Shown here piece after piece: positions 45,829-54,610 of a stretch of 64,000 bases of DNA. The notes beneath the pieces were generated by a model. The model had not been told where the DNA came from. It saw only the letters and a list, made by a program, of their open reading frames with translations, and did not search any database. The DNA comes from Candidatus Uhrbacteria bacterium (GTDB taxonomy: Bacteria > Patescibacteriota > Patescibacteriia > UBA9934 > GWF2-40-263). Position 1 is the first letter of the stretch. Each line of letters opens with the position of its first letter. The position numbers and the translations under genes are program-made. The stretch spans positions 71 through 64,070 of the forward strand of contig JAZDHJ010000059.1 of assembly GCA_043805995.1 (NCBI GenBank). The letters are read 5' to 3'.

Positions 45829-48069
45829 ATGTCCTACTCACTTGTCATCGTTGAGTCTCCGGCCAAGGCTCGAACTATTTCTAAATTTTTAGGGAACAAA
45901 TATAAAGTTCTCTCGTCTTTTGGGCATGTCCGCGATTTGCCAAAAAAGGAACTTGGGGTTGATGTTGAGCATGGTTTTTTGCCAAAATATGTTGTCTCGC
46001 GCGACAAGGCTAAACAAGTTAAAGCTCTAAAAGACGCGGCCGCCAAAGCTGATGAAATTTTATTCGCAACTGACGAAGATCGTGAAGGTGAAGCTATTTC
46101 TTGGCACTTGGCGCAAATTTTAAAAGTTGAGCCGGAAAAATTAAAACGCATCACTTTTCACGAAATCACCAAACGGGCCATCGACGAAGCGATTGAACAT
46201 CCACGAACTCTTGATTTAAATTTGGTCAATGCTCAACAAGCGCGCCGGGTTTTGGATCGTTTGGTTGGTTACGAACTTTCACCATTCCTCTGGCGCAAAG
46301 TTCAAAAAGGTCTTTCGGCTGGTCGAGTTCAATCCGTCTCGGTTCGTTTAGTTGTCGACCGTGAACGTGAACGTGATGCTTTCAAACCTCAGGATTTTTG
46401 GACAGTTGATACAATTTTCAATAAAGATAAAATTTCTTTTCCCGGCAAACTTCACGCCATCGGCGATAAAAAATTAGAAAAACTCGGCATCACTTCGGAA
46501 ACCGAAGCCACAAAAATTCTCGAAGCGCTTAAAAATGGCAAATATAATGTTACCGATGTTACCAAAAAAACCGTTAAGCGTTCCCCGGCTCCGCCTTTCA
46601 CCACTTCCACTCTGCAGCAGGAAGGCAACAACAAATTAAATTTCTCGGCCAAAGAAACCATGTCGCTGGCTCAGCGCCTTTACGAAGGTGTCGATATTCC
46701 CGGCGAAGGTTCAATTGCTCTTGTTACCTACATGCGTACCGACTCGGTCAACTTGTCAGATCTTTTTATAAACGAGGCGCGAAATTTTATTTCCGGTAAC
46801 TTCGGAGCTGATTATTTATTGGCCGAACCGCGTCGGTTTAAAACCAAATCCAAAGGTGCTCAAGAAGCCCACGAAGCCATCCGTCCAACCGATGTCTCTC
46901 GAACGCCCGAATCTCTCAAATCAGTTCTTGACCGCGATCTCTGGCGTTTATACGACCTCATTTGGCGTCGCGCTGTGGCCACTCAACTCCCAGAGGCTGT
47001 CTTTAATGCCACCTCGGCTGACATTACCACTGGCGAATATGTTTTCCGTTCCACCGGTTCAACCATTAAATTTGAAGGTTATCTAAAAGTCTACGAAGAG
47101 AAACGCAACGAATCGATTTTGCCAGATCTGACCAAAGGTGACGAGGTGGCTTTGGAAAATCTCGAGTCAAAAAAGCATACCACTGAACCGCCGGCTCGCT
47201 ACTCAGATGCCACTCTCATCAAGGCACTCGAGGAACACGGCATTGGTCGTCCTTCCACTTACGCGCCGACCGTTAACACCATTGTCGAGCGCGGTTATGT
47301 TGAGCGTGATGAAGCCAAAAAACTCAAACCTTGCGCCGTGGCTTACACCGTCAACGATCTCTTAGTCGAACACTTCCCTAACATTGTTGACTTGGCTTTC
47401 ACAGCTAACATGGAAGAAAATCTCGACCAGGTAGCTGAAGGTGAAAAAGAATGGGTACCGGTTCTTCAAGATTTTTACGGACCATTCCACGAAAACCTGG
47501 TGGCCAAAGAAAAAGATGTCAAAAAATTAAAACCGGACGATAAGGCCACCGACATTGTTTGCGAAAAATGCGGCCAACCAATGGTCATCCGTTCCGGTCG
47601 TTTTGGTGAATTTATGGCTTGCTCAGCTTATCCAGCCTGCAAAAACACCAAACCGGTTACGCAAAATGAAAAAGGTGAGACGGTTGTAGCTGTTCCAGAA
47701 GATACTGGCGAAGTTTGCCCAACCTGCAGTGCACCAATGGTTCTTAAACGCGGCCGTTTTGGTCCATTCTTGTCCTGTTCCAAATATCCTGATTGCAAAA
47801 CCATTAAAAACATCGAAAAGAAAACCGGCCTGGTCTGCCCGGAATGCGGCCAAGGCGACTTAGTCGAAAGACGCGGCCGTTCCGGCAAACCGTTTTACAG
47901 CTGCAACAAATACCCTGATTGCAAATTCGCCCTTTGGCAAAAACCGACTGGCGAAAAATGTCCGCAATGCCAATCCCTCATGACTTTCGCCACCAAAGGC
48001 ATGACTCAGTGTTCAAAAAAAGAATGCGGATTTAAAAAGGCTTTGGAAATAGAAGTGGCCGAAACGTAA
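45829..48069 (+). CDS. topA: DNA topoisomerase I with C-terminal Zn ribbons
   Basis: LVIVESPAK, ATDEDREGE, SAGRVQS, TYMRTD, repeated CxxC ribbons. Confidence 0.98.
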   Translation: MSYSLVIVESPAKARTISKFLGNKYKVLSSFGHVRDLPKKELGVDVEHGFLPKYVVSRDKAKQVKALKDAAAKADEILFATDEDREGEAISWHLAQILKVEPEKLKRITFHEITKRAIDEAIEHPRTLDLNLVNAQQARRVLDRLVGYELSPFLWRKVQKGLSAGRVQSVSVRLVVDRERERDAFKPQDFWTVDTIFNKDKISFPGKLHAIGDKKLEKLGITSETEATKILEALKNGKYNVTDVTKKTVKRSPAPPFTTSTLQQEGNNKLNFSAKETMSLAQRLYEGVDIPGEGSIALVTYMRTDSVNLSDLFINEARNFISGNFGADYLLAEPRRFKTKSKGAQEAHEAIRPTDVSRTPESLKSVLDRDLWRLYDLIWRRAVATQLPEAVFNATSADITTGEYVFRSTGSTIKFEGYLKVYEEKRNESILPDLTKGDEVALENLESKKHTTEPPARYSDATLIKALEEHGIGRPSTYAPTVNTIVERGYVERDEAKKLKPCAVAYTVNDLLVEHFPNIVDLAFTANMEENLDQVAEGEKEWVPVLQDFYGPFHENLVAKEKDVKKLKPDDKATDIVCEKCGQPMVIRSGRFGEFMACSAYPACKNTKPVTQNEKGETVVAVPEDTGEVCPTCSAPMVLKRGRFGPFLSCSKYPDCKTIKNIEKKTGLVCPECGQGDLVERRGRSGKPFYSCNKYPDCKFALWQKPTGEKCPQCQSLMTFATKGMTQCSKKECGFKKALEIEVAET

Positions 48070-48091
48070 ATAGGTAAAAATTGTAAAAAGT

Positions 48092-48130
48092 AAAAACCGC
48101 CGGAATAAAATCCGACGGTTTTATTTTTTT
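48092..48130 (+). terminator. Intrinsic terminator after topA
   Basis: AAAACCGCCGGA...TCCGACGGTTTT plus T-tract. Confidence 0.6.
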
Positions 48131-48212
48131 ACAATTTTTCGCTCCTATTTACATTTTTCACCCCATCATCCAAAACCCATATTTTACTAAGAGAGAAGTA
48201 AGTGAGAATCGA

Positions 48213-49646
48213 TTATGCCATTTTACCCAAAGCTTTTTCTTTTAATTTTTTATACGTTTCATCTGCTTTTTTATCCAATTTGGCCTCTGTCTCCCACTTA
48301 GGCTCCCATTTTTTTCCGAGCATTAACTGCCCAGTTAGTTTATTCAAATCCCATAACCCCTGACTTAACCCATGTCTAGCTTTTTTTGTCGCAAAACGAA
48401 TGGGTTTAAGGCCAAGTTCCACTGCCACTAAAGGTAGCACCAATGGAGCCTTCCAGTGTTCAGACGCCATTTTTTTGAGGACTTCTTTATCCTCTAACGG
48501 CCCGGTATCCTTGGGAATTTCGTGAATTTTACCTAACAATATTGCATCCTTAACGACTTCAGAATCTCTAATAGCCGCCCCAATTCGACCTTTGGCTAAA
48601 GAAACATCCCAACCCGAACCAAATCTAATTCTGTTAAGGGCATACCGACCAGAAAAAAAGCTCCCGGCCGAAATTGGTTGAATTTTATCAACGTCAACTT
48701 CTGGTCTACCTAAAAGGATCCGATTACCATTTTTATCAAAAAGATGAACCAACTCTGCTTCTCGAATCAAAGTGAAAAGTTCTTTTTGCCGCCTAAAACC
48801 TTCGCGACCACCATAATCAACAAAAAGACTTTTTCCGGTTGTGGCTTCAACTCTTTTAAACTCGTCTTCAACAAGTTTATCAATAACCAACTCGGCTGTC
48901 CGTGAGGCTAACGAATGTTCTTTTTCCAAATCTTCGTAACGACTTCTTAAAATACGAAGATCTACCCGGTCATAATCGTCCTTAATTTTTTCCAAACCTT
49001 GAACTAGTTTTTTTCTGGCCACTAATTCCTTATGGATCATTACGCCCTCAGCGGTTTGGCTGGGACGATCCTCAAAACCACCGTCTTTTTTGGCCACCGA
49101 AATAATTTTAGTTTCATTGTCATGAATCGCCCGAGTGATTTCGCGAATAATAAATGGTAAATCTTCGGAACCAACGTCCACAGGAATTTTAATTACCCTT
49201 GGCTCCCTTTCTTTTGTATTGGGGTCCATTTCTAACTTCGTGCCAAAAATAATTTTTATTGGCCTAGTTTCGTCATTTGCCCCAGGCAGAATTGAAAGAA
49301 GATTAACCGCTCTATCCGTTAAACTTTTAACAAAAATTCTAGCCTCCTTACCCACTACCGGTTCACGGCCGTCTACCGTTCTAACTCTAATTTCAACAGT
49401 GTTCCTTACTGCCTCAGAAGCTCTGGCTTCACGCACGGCCGCGGCTCGGGCCTCAGCTCGAGCTGCGGGGGCCAAACTCTCTACTTCTGATTCACGTCTT
49501 TGTCTTTCAATTCGTGCCCTCATGGCATCTAAAGCTCTTTTGTTTAATCTTTCGAGTCGCTCTTCCGGTGTTTCTGCCGGTGCCGAAACAACGTCTGGCG
49601 CACGAACACTAGTATCGGGAGTTCTTGATCGATTATGTCTACTCAT
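48213..49646 (-). CDS. Hypothetical charged protein (477 aa)
   Basis: Long ATG-started ORF; no motif recognised. Confidence 0.8.
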   Translation of the reverse strand: MSRHNRSRTPDTSVRAPDVVSAPAETPEERLERLNKRALDAMRARIERQRRESEVESLAPAARAEARAAAVREARASEAVRNTVEIRVRTVDGREPVVGKEARIFVKSLTDRAVNLLSILPGANDETRPIKIIFGTKLEMDPNTKEREPRVIKIPVDVGSEDLPFIIREITRAIHDNETKIISVAKKDGGFEDRPSQTAEGVMIHKELVARKKLVQGLEKIKDDYDRVDLRILRSRYEDLEKEHSLASRTAELVIDKLVEDEFKRVEATTGKSLFVDYGGREGFRRQKELFTLIREAELVHLFDKNGNRILLGRPEVDVDKIQPISAGSFFSGRYALNRIRFGSGWDVSLAKGRIGAAIRDSEVVKDAILLGKIHEIPKDTGPLEDKEVLKKMASEHWKAPLVLPLVAVELGLKPIRFATKKARHGLSQGLWDLNKLTGQLMLGKKWEPKWETEAKLDKKADETYKKLKEKALGKMA

Positions 49647-49734
49647 ATTTTTATATTTATAATCAAAATAATCATAACAAAAAAACCCCGGTTTGTCATC
49701 TTGAGGGCTAAGTGATAATGTAAGAAATACAGTT

Positions 49735-51252
49735 ATGATTGATATAATTCATACTTACGAAGATTTGGAACGGCTCATAAAAAAAAATTATGTGACGCCG
49801 GATTTAACTTTGGTACGCCGAGCTTATGAAATGGCCGAACGGGCTCATAAGGACGAAATTCGCTACACCGGCCACCCTTACATTACCCATCCATTAGCCG
49901 TCGCCTTCAAACTGGCCGAAATGTGTTTCAACCTTAACATGATCGTGGCCGGTCTACTTCACGATACTGTTGAGGACACAGAAATTACTCTTGATGATAT
50001 TAAACGCGAATTTGGTACCGATGTTGCCGACATGGTTGACGGGGTTACCAAACTCAAAAAAATTAAATATCAAGGCGTCGAACGTTACGTAGAAAACATG
50101 CGCCGCATGTTTATGGCTATGGCTTCCGACGTTCGCGTGGTTTTTATAAAATTTGCCGATCGCTTGCACAACCTACAAACTTTATACGCTCGCCCTGGCC
50201 ACAAACAGGAACGCATTGCCAGAGAAACTTTGGAAATCTATGCACCAATTGCCAACCGTTTAGGTATGGGCGAAATGAAAGGCGAAATGGAAGACTTATC
50301 CTTCAAATATCTTCAACCAAAAGAATACGATTGGGTCCAACAAATCATGGACACCAAGGTGAGAGAAAAAGGCGTTCAAATAACCCGCATCATGGACACG
50401 GCCGATGGAGTTTTACGAGCCGCTGGCATTACCCCGATTCAAATTCACGGTCGGGTTAAACGCCTCTTCAGTCTTTTTCACAAACTTCAACGTTACGGGA
50501 ACGACATTAATAAAATTCACGACCTGGTAGCGGTTCGGGTTGTCCTTTCTGATGTCGAAGATTGCTACGCCGCCCTTGGAGTCATTCACCAAAAATGGCA
50601 CCCGGTACCTAATCGCATCAAAGATTACATTGCTCAACCAAAACCCAACGGTTACCAATCTTTACACACCACAGTTTTTTGCGAAGGCGGTGAAACCGCG
50701 GAGTTTCAAATTCGCACTGAAGAAATGCACGAACTAGCCGAATACGGTGTGTCGGCTCACTGGCGGTACAAGGAAACTGGTCGCACACCACCAAAAAGTC
50801 TGCGCTGGATGGAGGAGCTGGTGACCATTCAAAAAGAATTGGCCAACAAAAAAGATTTCATGGAACAAATGGAAGTCTTAAAAATCGACGTCTTCCGCGA
50901 TCGCATTTTCGTTTTCACACCTCAGGGCGATGTCATCGATTTGCCAGAAGGCGCCACGCCGGTTGATTTCGCCTTCATGGTGCATTCCGATGTCGGTAAC
51001 AAATGCGTGGCCGCCCGCGTCAACGAACAAATGGTCAACCTAGACTCACCACTCAAATCAAACGATGTGGTGGAAATAATAATCGACAAAAATCGTCGTG
51101 GTCCTAATCCTGACTGGCTAAAATTTGTTAAAACCCACCACGCCCGCGAACACATTCGCGAAGCGGCGAGGCGTGGCATGAAAAGTTGGCTAAATTTTAT
51201 GATGCCTAAACCGGGGTTTGGGGGAAAGAAAAAGGAGAAGGGGAAGAAGTAG
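49735..51252 (+). CDS. rel: RelA/SpoT-family (p)ppGpp synthetase/hydrolase ending shortly after the TGS domain
   Basis: HPLAVA...LLHDTVED, KFADRLHN, RIKDY, YQSLHT, EFQIRT, FTPQG...DFAF. Confidence 0.95.
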   Translation: MIDIIHTYEDLERLIKKNYVTPDLTLVRRAYEMAERAHKDEIRYTGHPYITHPLAVAFKLAEMCFNLNMIVAGLLHDTVEDTEITLDDIKREFGTDVADMVDGVTKLKKIKYQGVERYVENMRRMFMAMASDVRVVFIKFADRLHNLQTLYARPGHKQERIARETLEIYAPIANRLGMGEMKGEMEDLSFKYLQPKEYDWVQQIMDTKVREKGVQITRIMDTADGVLRAAGITPIQIHGRVKRLFSLFHKLQRYGNDINKIHDLVAVRVVLSDVEDCYAALGVIHQKWHPVPNRIKDYIAQPKPNGYQSLHTTVFCEGGETAEFQIRTEEMHELAEYGVSAHWRYKETGRTPPKSLRWMEELVTIQKELANKKDFMEQMEVLKIDVFRDRIFVFTPQGDVIDLPEGATPVDFAFMVHSDVGNKCVAARVNEQMVNLDSPLKSNDVVEIIIDKNRRGPNPDWLKFVKTHHAREHIREAARRGMKSWLNFMMPKPGFGGKKKEKGKK

Positions 51253-51310
51253 TGGAGTTAAGGGCCTTGAAGGGCACTAAAGGAATTAAAATGTTTTTAA
51301 ATTCCTCCGC

Positions 51311-51355
51311 AAAAAATACCACGCAAGGGCCGATCGGCCCTTGCGTGGTATTTTT
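51311..51355. terminator. Bidirectional terminator between rel and parB
   Basis: Perfect palindrome AAAAATACCACGCAAGGGCC-GATC-GGCCCTTGCGTGGTATTTTT. Confidence 0.8.
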
Positions 51356-51366
51356 AATTTCAAATT

Positions 51367-52236
51367 TTAAACCTCCGACAACCTCGCCAATAACTCTACC
51401 AAATCATCCTTCGAGTAAAAATGCAGAGTAATAACTCCTTTGCCGCCGCGTTCCTTAATTTCCACTTTTGTTCCAAGAATTTCCTGCAGTTTCTTTTCAT
51501 GGGCCACCAAATTTGGATCGACGTGGCGACCGACTGAAACTTTTGGTCGATGAATTGAAACGGCCGCCTCTGCTTCACGAACTGTAATCTTGCCAGTCAG
51601 CATCGCTTCAAATAGTTCGTGTTGTTTTTTAGGATCAGTTTCAGCCAGTAAAGTTCTGGCATGACTTTTTGTAATTTTCCCATCGCGGAGTCCATCCTGA
51701 ATTTCTTCTGGTAATTCAAGCAGACGCAAGGTATTAGCCACAACCGAACGACTCTTCCCTACTTGTTTGGCGGCTTCTTCCTGGGTAAAGCTGAGTTCAT
51801 CCATTAGGGTGCGATAGGCCAAAGCCTCCTCGAGCGGATTCAAATCGGCCCGTTGCAAGTTTTCAATTAAAGCCCATTCCAACTTCTGTTGTTTGGTAGC
51901 GTCACGAACAATTACAGGTACAGTTTTTTGACCCAAAGATTTTGAAGCCCGCCAGCGTCGCTCACCAGCAATCAACTCAAATTTATTATCGGCTTCACAT
52001 TTACTAACAATGAGTGGTTGAAGAATTCCATGCTCTCTGATTGAACTAACTAAGTCCTCCAAATCAGCCTCGGAAAAATAATGACGAGGTTGATGCGGAT
52101 TTGGCGTAATGTCCTCGACGGGAATTTGCAAAACTTCCTGATGACCAATAACCGAAGTCACGACCTGAGAAACTTTTTTGGTGGGAATCAGTGAGCCGAG
52201 CCCGCGACCGAGTACTGGTTTCATGTTGGTGTTCAT
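51367..52236 (-). CDS. parB: ParB/Spo0J partition protein
   Basis: LGRGLGSLI, PNPHQPR, IAGERRWRA, ENLQRADL, HTH. Confidence 0.96.
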   Translation of the reverse strand: MNTNMKPVLGRGLGSLIPTKKVSQVVTSVIGHQEVLQIPVEDITPNPHQPRHYFSEADLEDLVSSIREHGILQPLIVSKCEADNKFELIAGERRWRASKSLGQKTVPVIVRDATKQQKLEWALIENLQRADLNPLEEALAYRTLMDELSFTQEEAAKQVGKSRSVVANTLRLLELPEEIQDGLRDGKITKSHARTLLAETDPKKQHELFEAMLTGKITVREAEAAVSIHRPKVSVGRHVDPNLVAHEKKLQEILGTKVEIKERGGKGVITLHFYSKDDLVELLARLSEV

Positions 52237-52239
52237 ATT

Positions 52240-52350
52240 TGGAGTGTTGGAGTGTTGGAGTCGTGGAGTCGTGGAGTGAAAGAAGCTCTTATTCTAATAA
52301 ATAATCTTCCATAACTCCAAGACTCCACGACTTTAAATACTCCATGACTT
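52240..52350. repeat. 8-bp periodic inverted tandem repeat
   Basis: (GGAGTGTT)2(GGAGTCGT)2GGAGTG ... ACTCCAAG-ACTCCACG...ACTCCATG. Confidence 0.7.
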
Positions 52351-52356
52351 TACAAT

Positions 52357-53130
52357 TTACAAATCTCCATTTTCCCTCAATAAAAATTCATGAGCCAAGC
52401 GTTCATAAGCTTTAGCCGCTTTAGAGGCTGGATCGTAATGAAGAATGGTTTTACCAAAAGATGGTGCCTCGGATAATCTAACACTGCGAGGAATGACCGA
52501 ACGGAAAATATTATTAGGAAAATATTTATAAAGTTCCTCCAAAACTTCCTTGGATAATTTCAGCCGCGAATCGTACATGGTGATAACCGCACCCATGACT
52601 TTAAGATCAGGGTTGAGTTGCTCGCGAATAAGATCGACGGTACCCAAAAGTTGTCCGAGTCCTTCGAGAGCGTAATATTCGGCCTGAACAGGAATTAGGA
52701 CTGAATCAGAAGCGGTTAAACCATTGATCGTAAGTAAACCAAGTGATGGTGGATTATCAATAAGTACGTAATCAAAATCATTTCGGATTTCCAGCAGACC
52801 TTTTCGCAAACGATGTTCGCGTTCCTCTACCCCGACCAGCTCAACAGCTGCCCCAGCCAAAGCTTGAGTGGCCGGAATAATTTTTAGACCAGCGTGATCG
52901 GTTGGCATAATCAAATCCCGCATACGATGCGAACCAATCATACCTTCGTAAATTCCCGCCGGAATATTTCGGTAGTCAATTCCGAGACCAGAAGTGGCAT
53001 TGGCTTGCGGATCAAGATCGACTAATAAAACAAACTTACCCAAATGAGTTAGGTAAGCGGCCAAACTTAAAGACGTGGTAGTTTTCCCCACCCCACCTTT
53101 TTGATTCACAATCGAAACCACGTGAGCCAT
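52357..53130 (-). CDS. parA: ParA/Soj ATPase
   Basis: NQKGGVGKTTT, DLDPQANATSG, PVQAEYYALEG, LSEAPSFG. Confidence 0.97.
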   Translation of the reverse strand: MAHVVSIVNQKGGVGKTTTSLSLAAYLTHLGKFVLLVDLDPQANATSGLGIDYRNIPAGIYEGMIGSHRMRDLIMPTDHAGLKIIPATQALAGAAVELVGVEEREHRLRKGLLEIRNDFDYVLIDNPPSLGLLTINGLTASDSVLIPVQAEYYALEGLGQLLGTVDLIREQLNPDLKVMGAVITMYDSRLKLSKEVLEELYKYFPNNIFRSVIPRSVRLSEAPSFGKTILHYDPASKAAKAYERLAHEFLLRENGDL

Positions 53131-53140
53131 AAGCGGTTGT

Positions 53141-53149
53141 ATTATAGCA
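53141..53149 (-). promoter_or_regulatory. Extended -10 element for parA
   Basis: TGCTATAAT, 10 nt before the ATG. Confidence 0.6.
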
Positions 53150-53266
53150 TATCGGTTGTTGGGGTTTAAGGGGTTGAAGGGGCATAAGGGGTTGAAGGGA
53201 AATTTTACCGTAGGGGCGAGAGGCCTCTCGCCCTATATTGAAGATTATTTTTTCATTTTACAAAAC

Positions 53267-53298
53267 AAAAACACCTGACGATAAAGTCGGGTGTTTTT
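53267..53298 (-). terminator. Terminator after tRNA-fMet
   Basis: AAAACACCTGAC...GTCGGGTGTTTT. Confidence 0.65.
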
Positions 53299-53374
53299 GG
53301 TTGCGGGGGTCGGATTTGAACCGACGACCTTCTGGTTATGAGCCAGACGAGCTGCCAGGCTGCTCTACCCCGCG
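53298..53374 (-). tRNA. Initiator tRNA-fMet(CAT)
   Basis: CGCGGGG...CCCCGCA-ACCA with C1:A72 mismatch; TCTGG-CTCATAA-CCAGA anticodon arm. Confidence 0.95.
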
Positions 53375-53427
53375 ATGTTTTATTTCTGGGCTAAGAATAC
53401 TTCTTTTTTCTTGGCCTGTCAACGATT

Positions 53428-53504
53428 TGGTAGCGGGAGCCGGAATCGAACCGGCGACCTAAGGCTTATGAGTCCTTCGCTCTAACCGACTGAGCTATCC
53501 CGCC
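53428..53504 (-). tRNA. tRNA with CAT anticodon (elongator Met likely; Ile2 not excluded)
   Basis: GGCGGGA/TCCCGCT acceptor stem, AAGGA-CTCATAA-GCCTT anticodon arm, encoded CCA. Confidence 0.93.
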
Positions 53505-53527
53505 ATTTTTGCGAGGTCGGTTCAATT

Positions 53528-53583
53528 ACCGACTGCTTGCCCTTCCGTAGCTCGCCACGAGCGTAGGAGGGAGCTATCCCGCC
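53528..53583 (-). pseudogene. Duplicated 5' end (nt 1-20) of the adjacent CAT tRNA, interrupted by a 36-bp family-A element (53536-53571)
   Basis: GGCGGGATAGCT[CCCTCCTACGCTCGTGGCGAGCTACGGAAGGGCAAG]CAGTCGGT versus tRNA GGCGGGATAGCTCAGTCGGT. Confidence 0.85.
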
Positions 53584-53666
53584 ATGTCTTTAAAACGGGT
53601 AAATAATACCAAACTCTTGAACTTCTGACAAGGTTTTGATAACATATCCTCACCGATATTTTAAAT

Positions 53667-53720
53667 GGGCGAGTGGCGGAACCCTCCTTCGCTAGGGCTT
53701 CGGAAGGGCAAGCTGGTATA
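53667..53720 (+). pseudogene. Duplicated 5' end (nt 1-23) of tRNA-Leu, interrupted by a 31-bp family-A element (53682-53712)
   Basis: GGGCGAGTGGCGGAA[CCCTCCTTCGCTAGGGCTTCGGAAGGGCAAG]CTGGTATA versus tRNA GGGCGAGTGGCGGAACTGGTATA. Confidence 0.88.
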
Positions 53721-53758
53721 GGTGATTAACCGCCACTAAAATTTAAAAACAACAAAAT

Positions 53759-53845
53759 GGGCGAGTGGCGGAACTGGTATACGCGCAGGACTCAAAATCC
53801 TGTGTTCGCAAGAGCATGAGAGTTCGATTCTCTCCTCGCCCACCA
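53759..53845 (+). tRNA. tRNA-Leu(CAA)
   Basis: GGGCGAG/CTCGCCC acceptor stem, CAGGA-CTCAAAA-TCCTG anticodon arm, long variable arm, encoded CCA. Confidence 0.97.
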
Positions 53846-54000
53846 CCCTTCGCTCTGTGGCAGAGCTTCGGGTGGCAGGCCACCCTATTTGGCGAAGGGT
53901 GTCCCCCATAGCTCGACGCGAGCAGCTTGTCCTTCCGACCGTGTCCTCCCGTAGCTCGCCACGAGCGAAGGAGGAAGCCCGGCGAAGGAGGACGGGGGAC
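53843..54000. repeat. Family-A cluster: one hairpin starting at the tRNA-Leu CCA, then a triply nested set (53901-54000)
   Basis: Inner 53939-53975 inside 53926-53992 inside GTCCCCC...GGGGGAC. Confidence 0.85.
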
Positions 54001-54121
54001 GCAAAACATGGAAGCAAGTGGCCGGCCGAAAATAAAATAACCATTTAATTGGTTGTTTTTGTTTTATCCACTTAATCTTCCCAAAAGGACAAAAAAATGC
54101 TATTCTATATCCAGTTAAACT

Positions 54122-54586
54122 ATGACACTAACAGCCCACGCGGCCATGGGAGCAGTTATTGGTGAAGCCATTGGCAATCCCCTTCTGGGTTTTGTCCTGG
54201 CGATCATTATTCATTTTCTGGTTGATATAATTCCCCACGGCGACACTTTCATTTCCAATAACTACCGAATTCTAAAACGCCGGCGTAAACAAGCTTTAGC
54301 TTACGTCACCGTCGACGCCATCTGTGCTATTCTCTTCATCTTGTTCATCGTCAACATCCGCGACGTGGCGCTTATTCGACCAATCAGCTTAGGTATACTT
54401 GGTTCGGTTCTACCAGATCTTTTAGTCGGCCTTTACGACATTACCAAATCCAAATATCTCCGCTGGCTTTTCAAACTGCATTTTTACTTTCACGATTTGA
54501 TTATTAAAAAACGTGGCGATGTGCCTCTCAAGTATGCACTGGCCGCTCAAGCAGTTCTAGTTCTTCTATTGCAAGCAAGATTATAA
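54122..54586 (+). CDS. Membrane protein resembling a metal-dependent hydrolase
   Basis: TAH...G, HFLVD.IPH.D, LPD, H...H motifs with four hydrophobic segments. Confidence 0.8.
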   Translation: MTLTAHAAMGAVIGEAIGNPLLGFVLAIIIHFLVDIIPHGDTFISNNYRILKRRRKQALAYVTVDAICAILFILFIVNIRDVALIRPISLGILGSVLPDLLVGLYDITKSKYLRWLFKLHFYFHDLIIKKRGDVPLKYALAAQAVLVLLLQARL

Positions 54587-54610
54587 AAAAAATTATTAAC
54601 CTAAAAATTT

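Noticed and set aside
53528-53720. Prophage att sites or intron-containing tRNAs
   Set aside because: The duplicates are 5' fragments with no 3' half, lie under 100 bp from the intact gene, and no integrase is nearby.
53736-54048. ORFs over tRNA-Leu and the nested repeats
   Set aside because: Spurious translations of tRNA and palindromic DNA.
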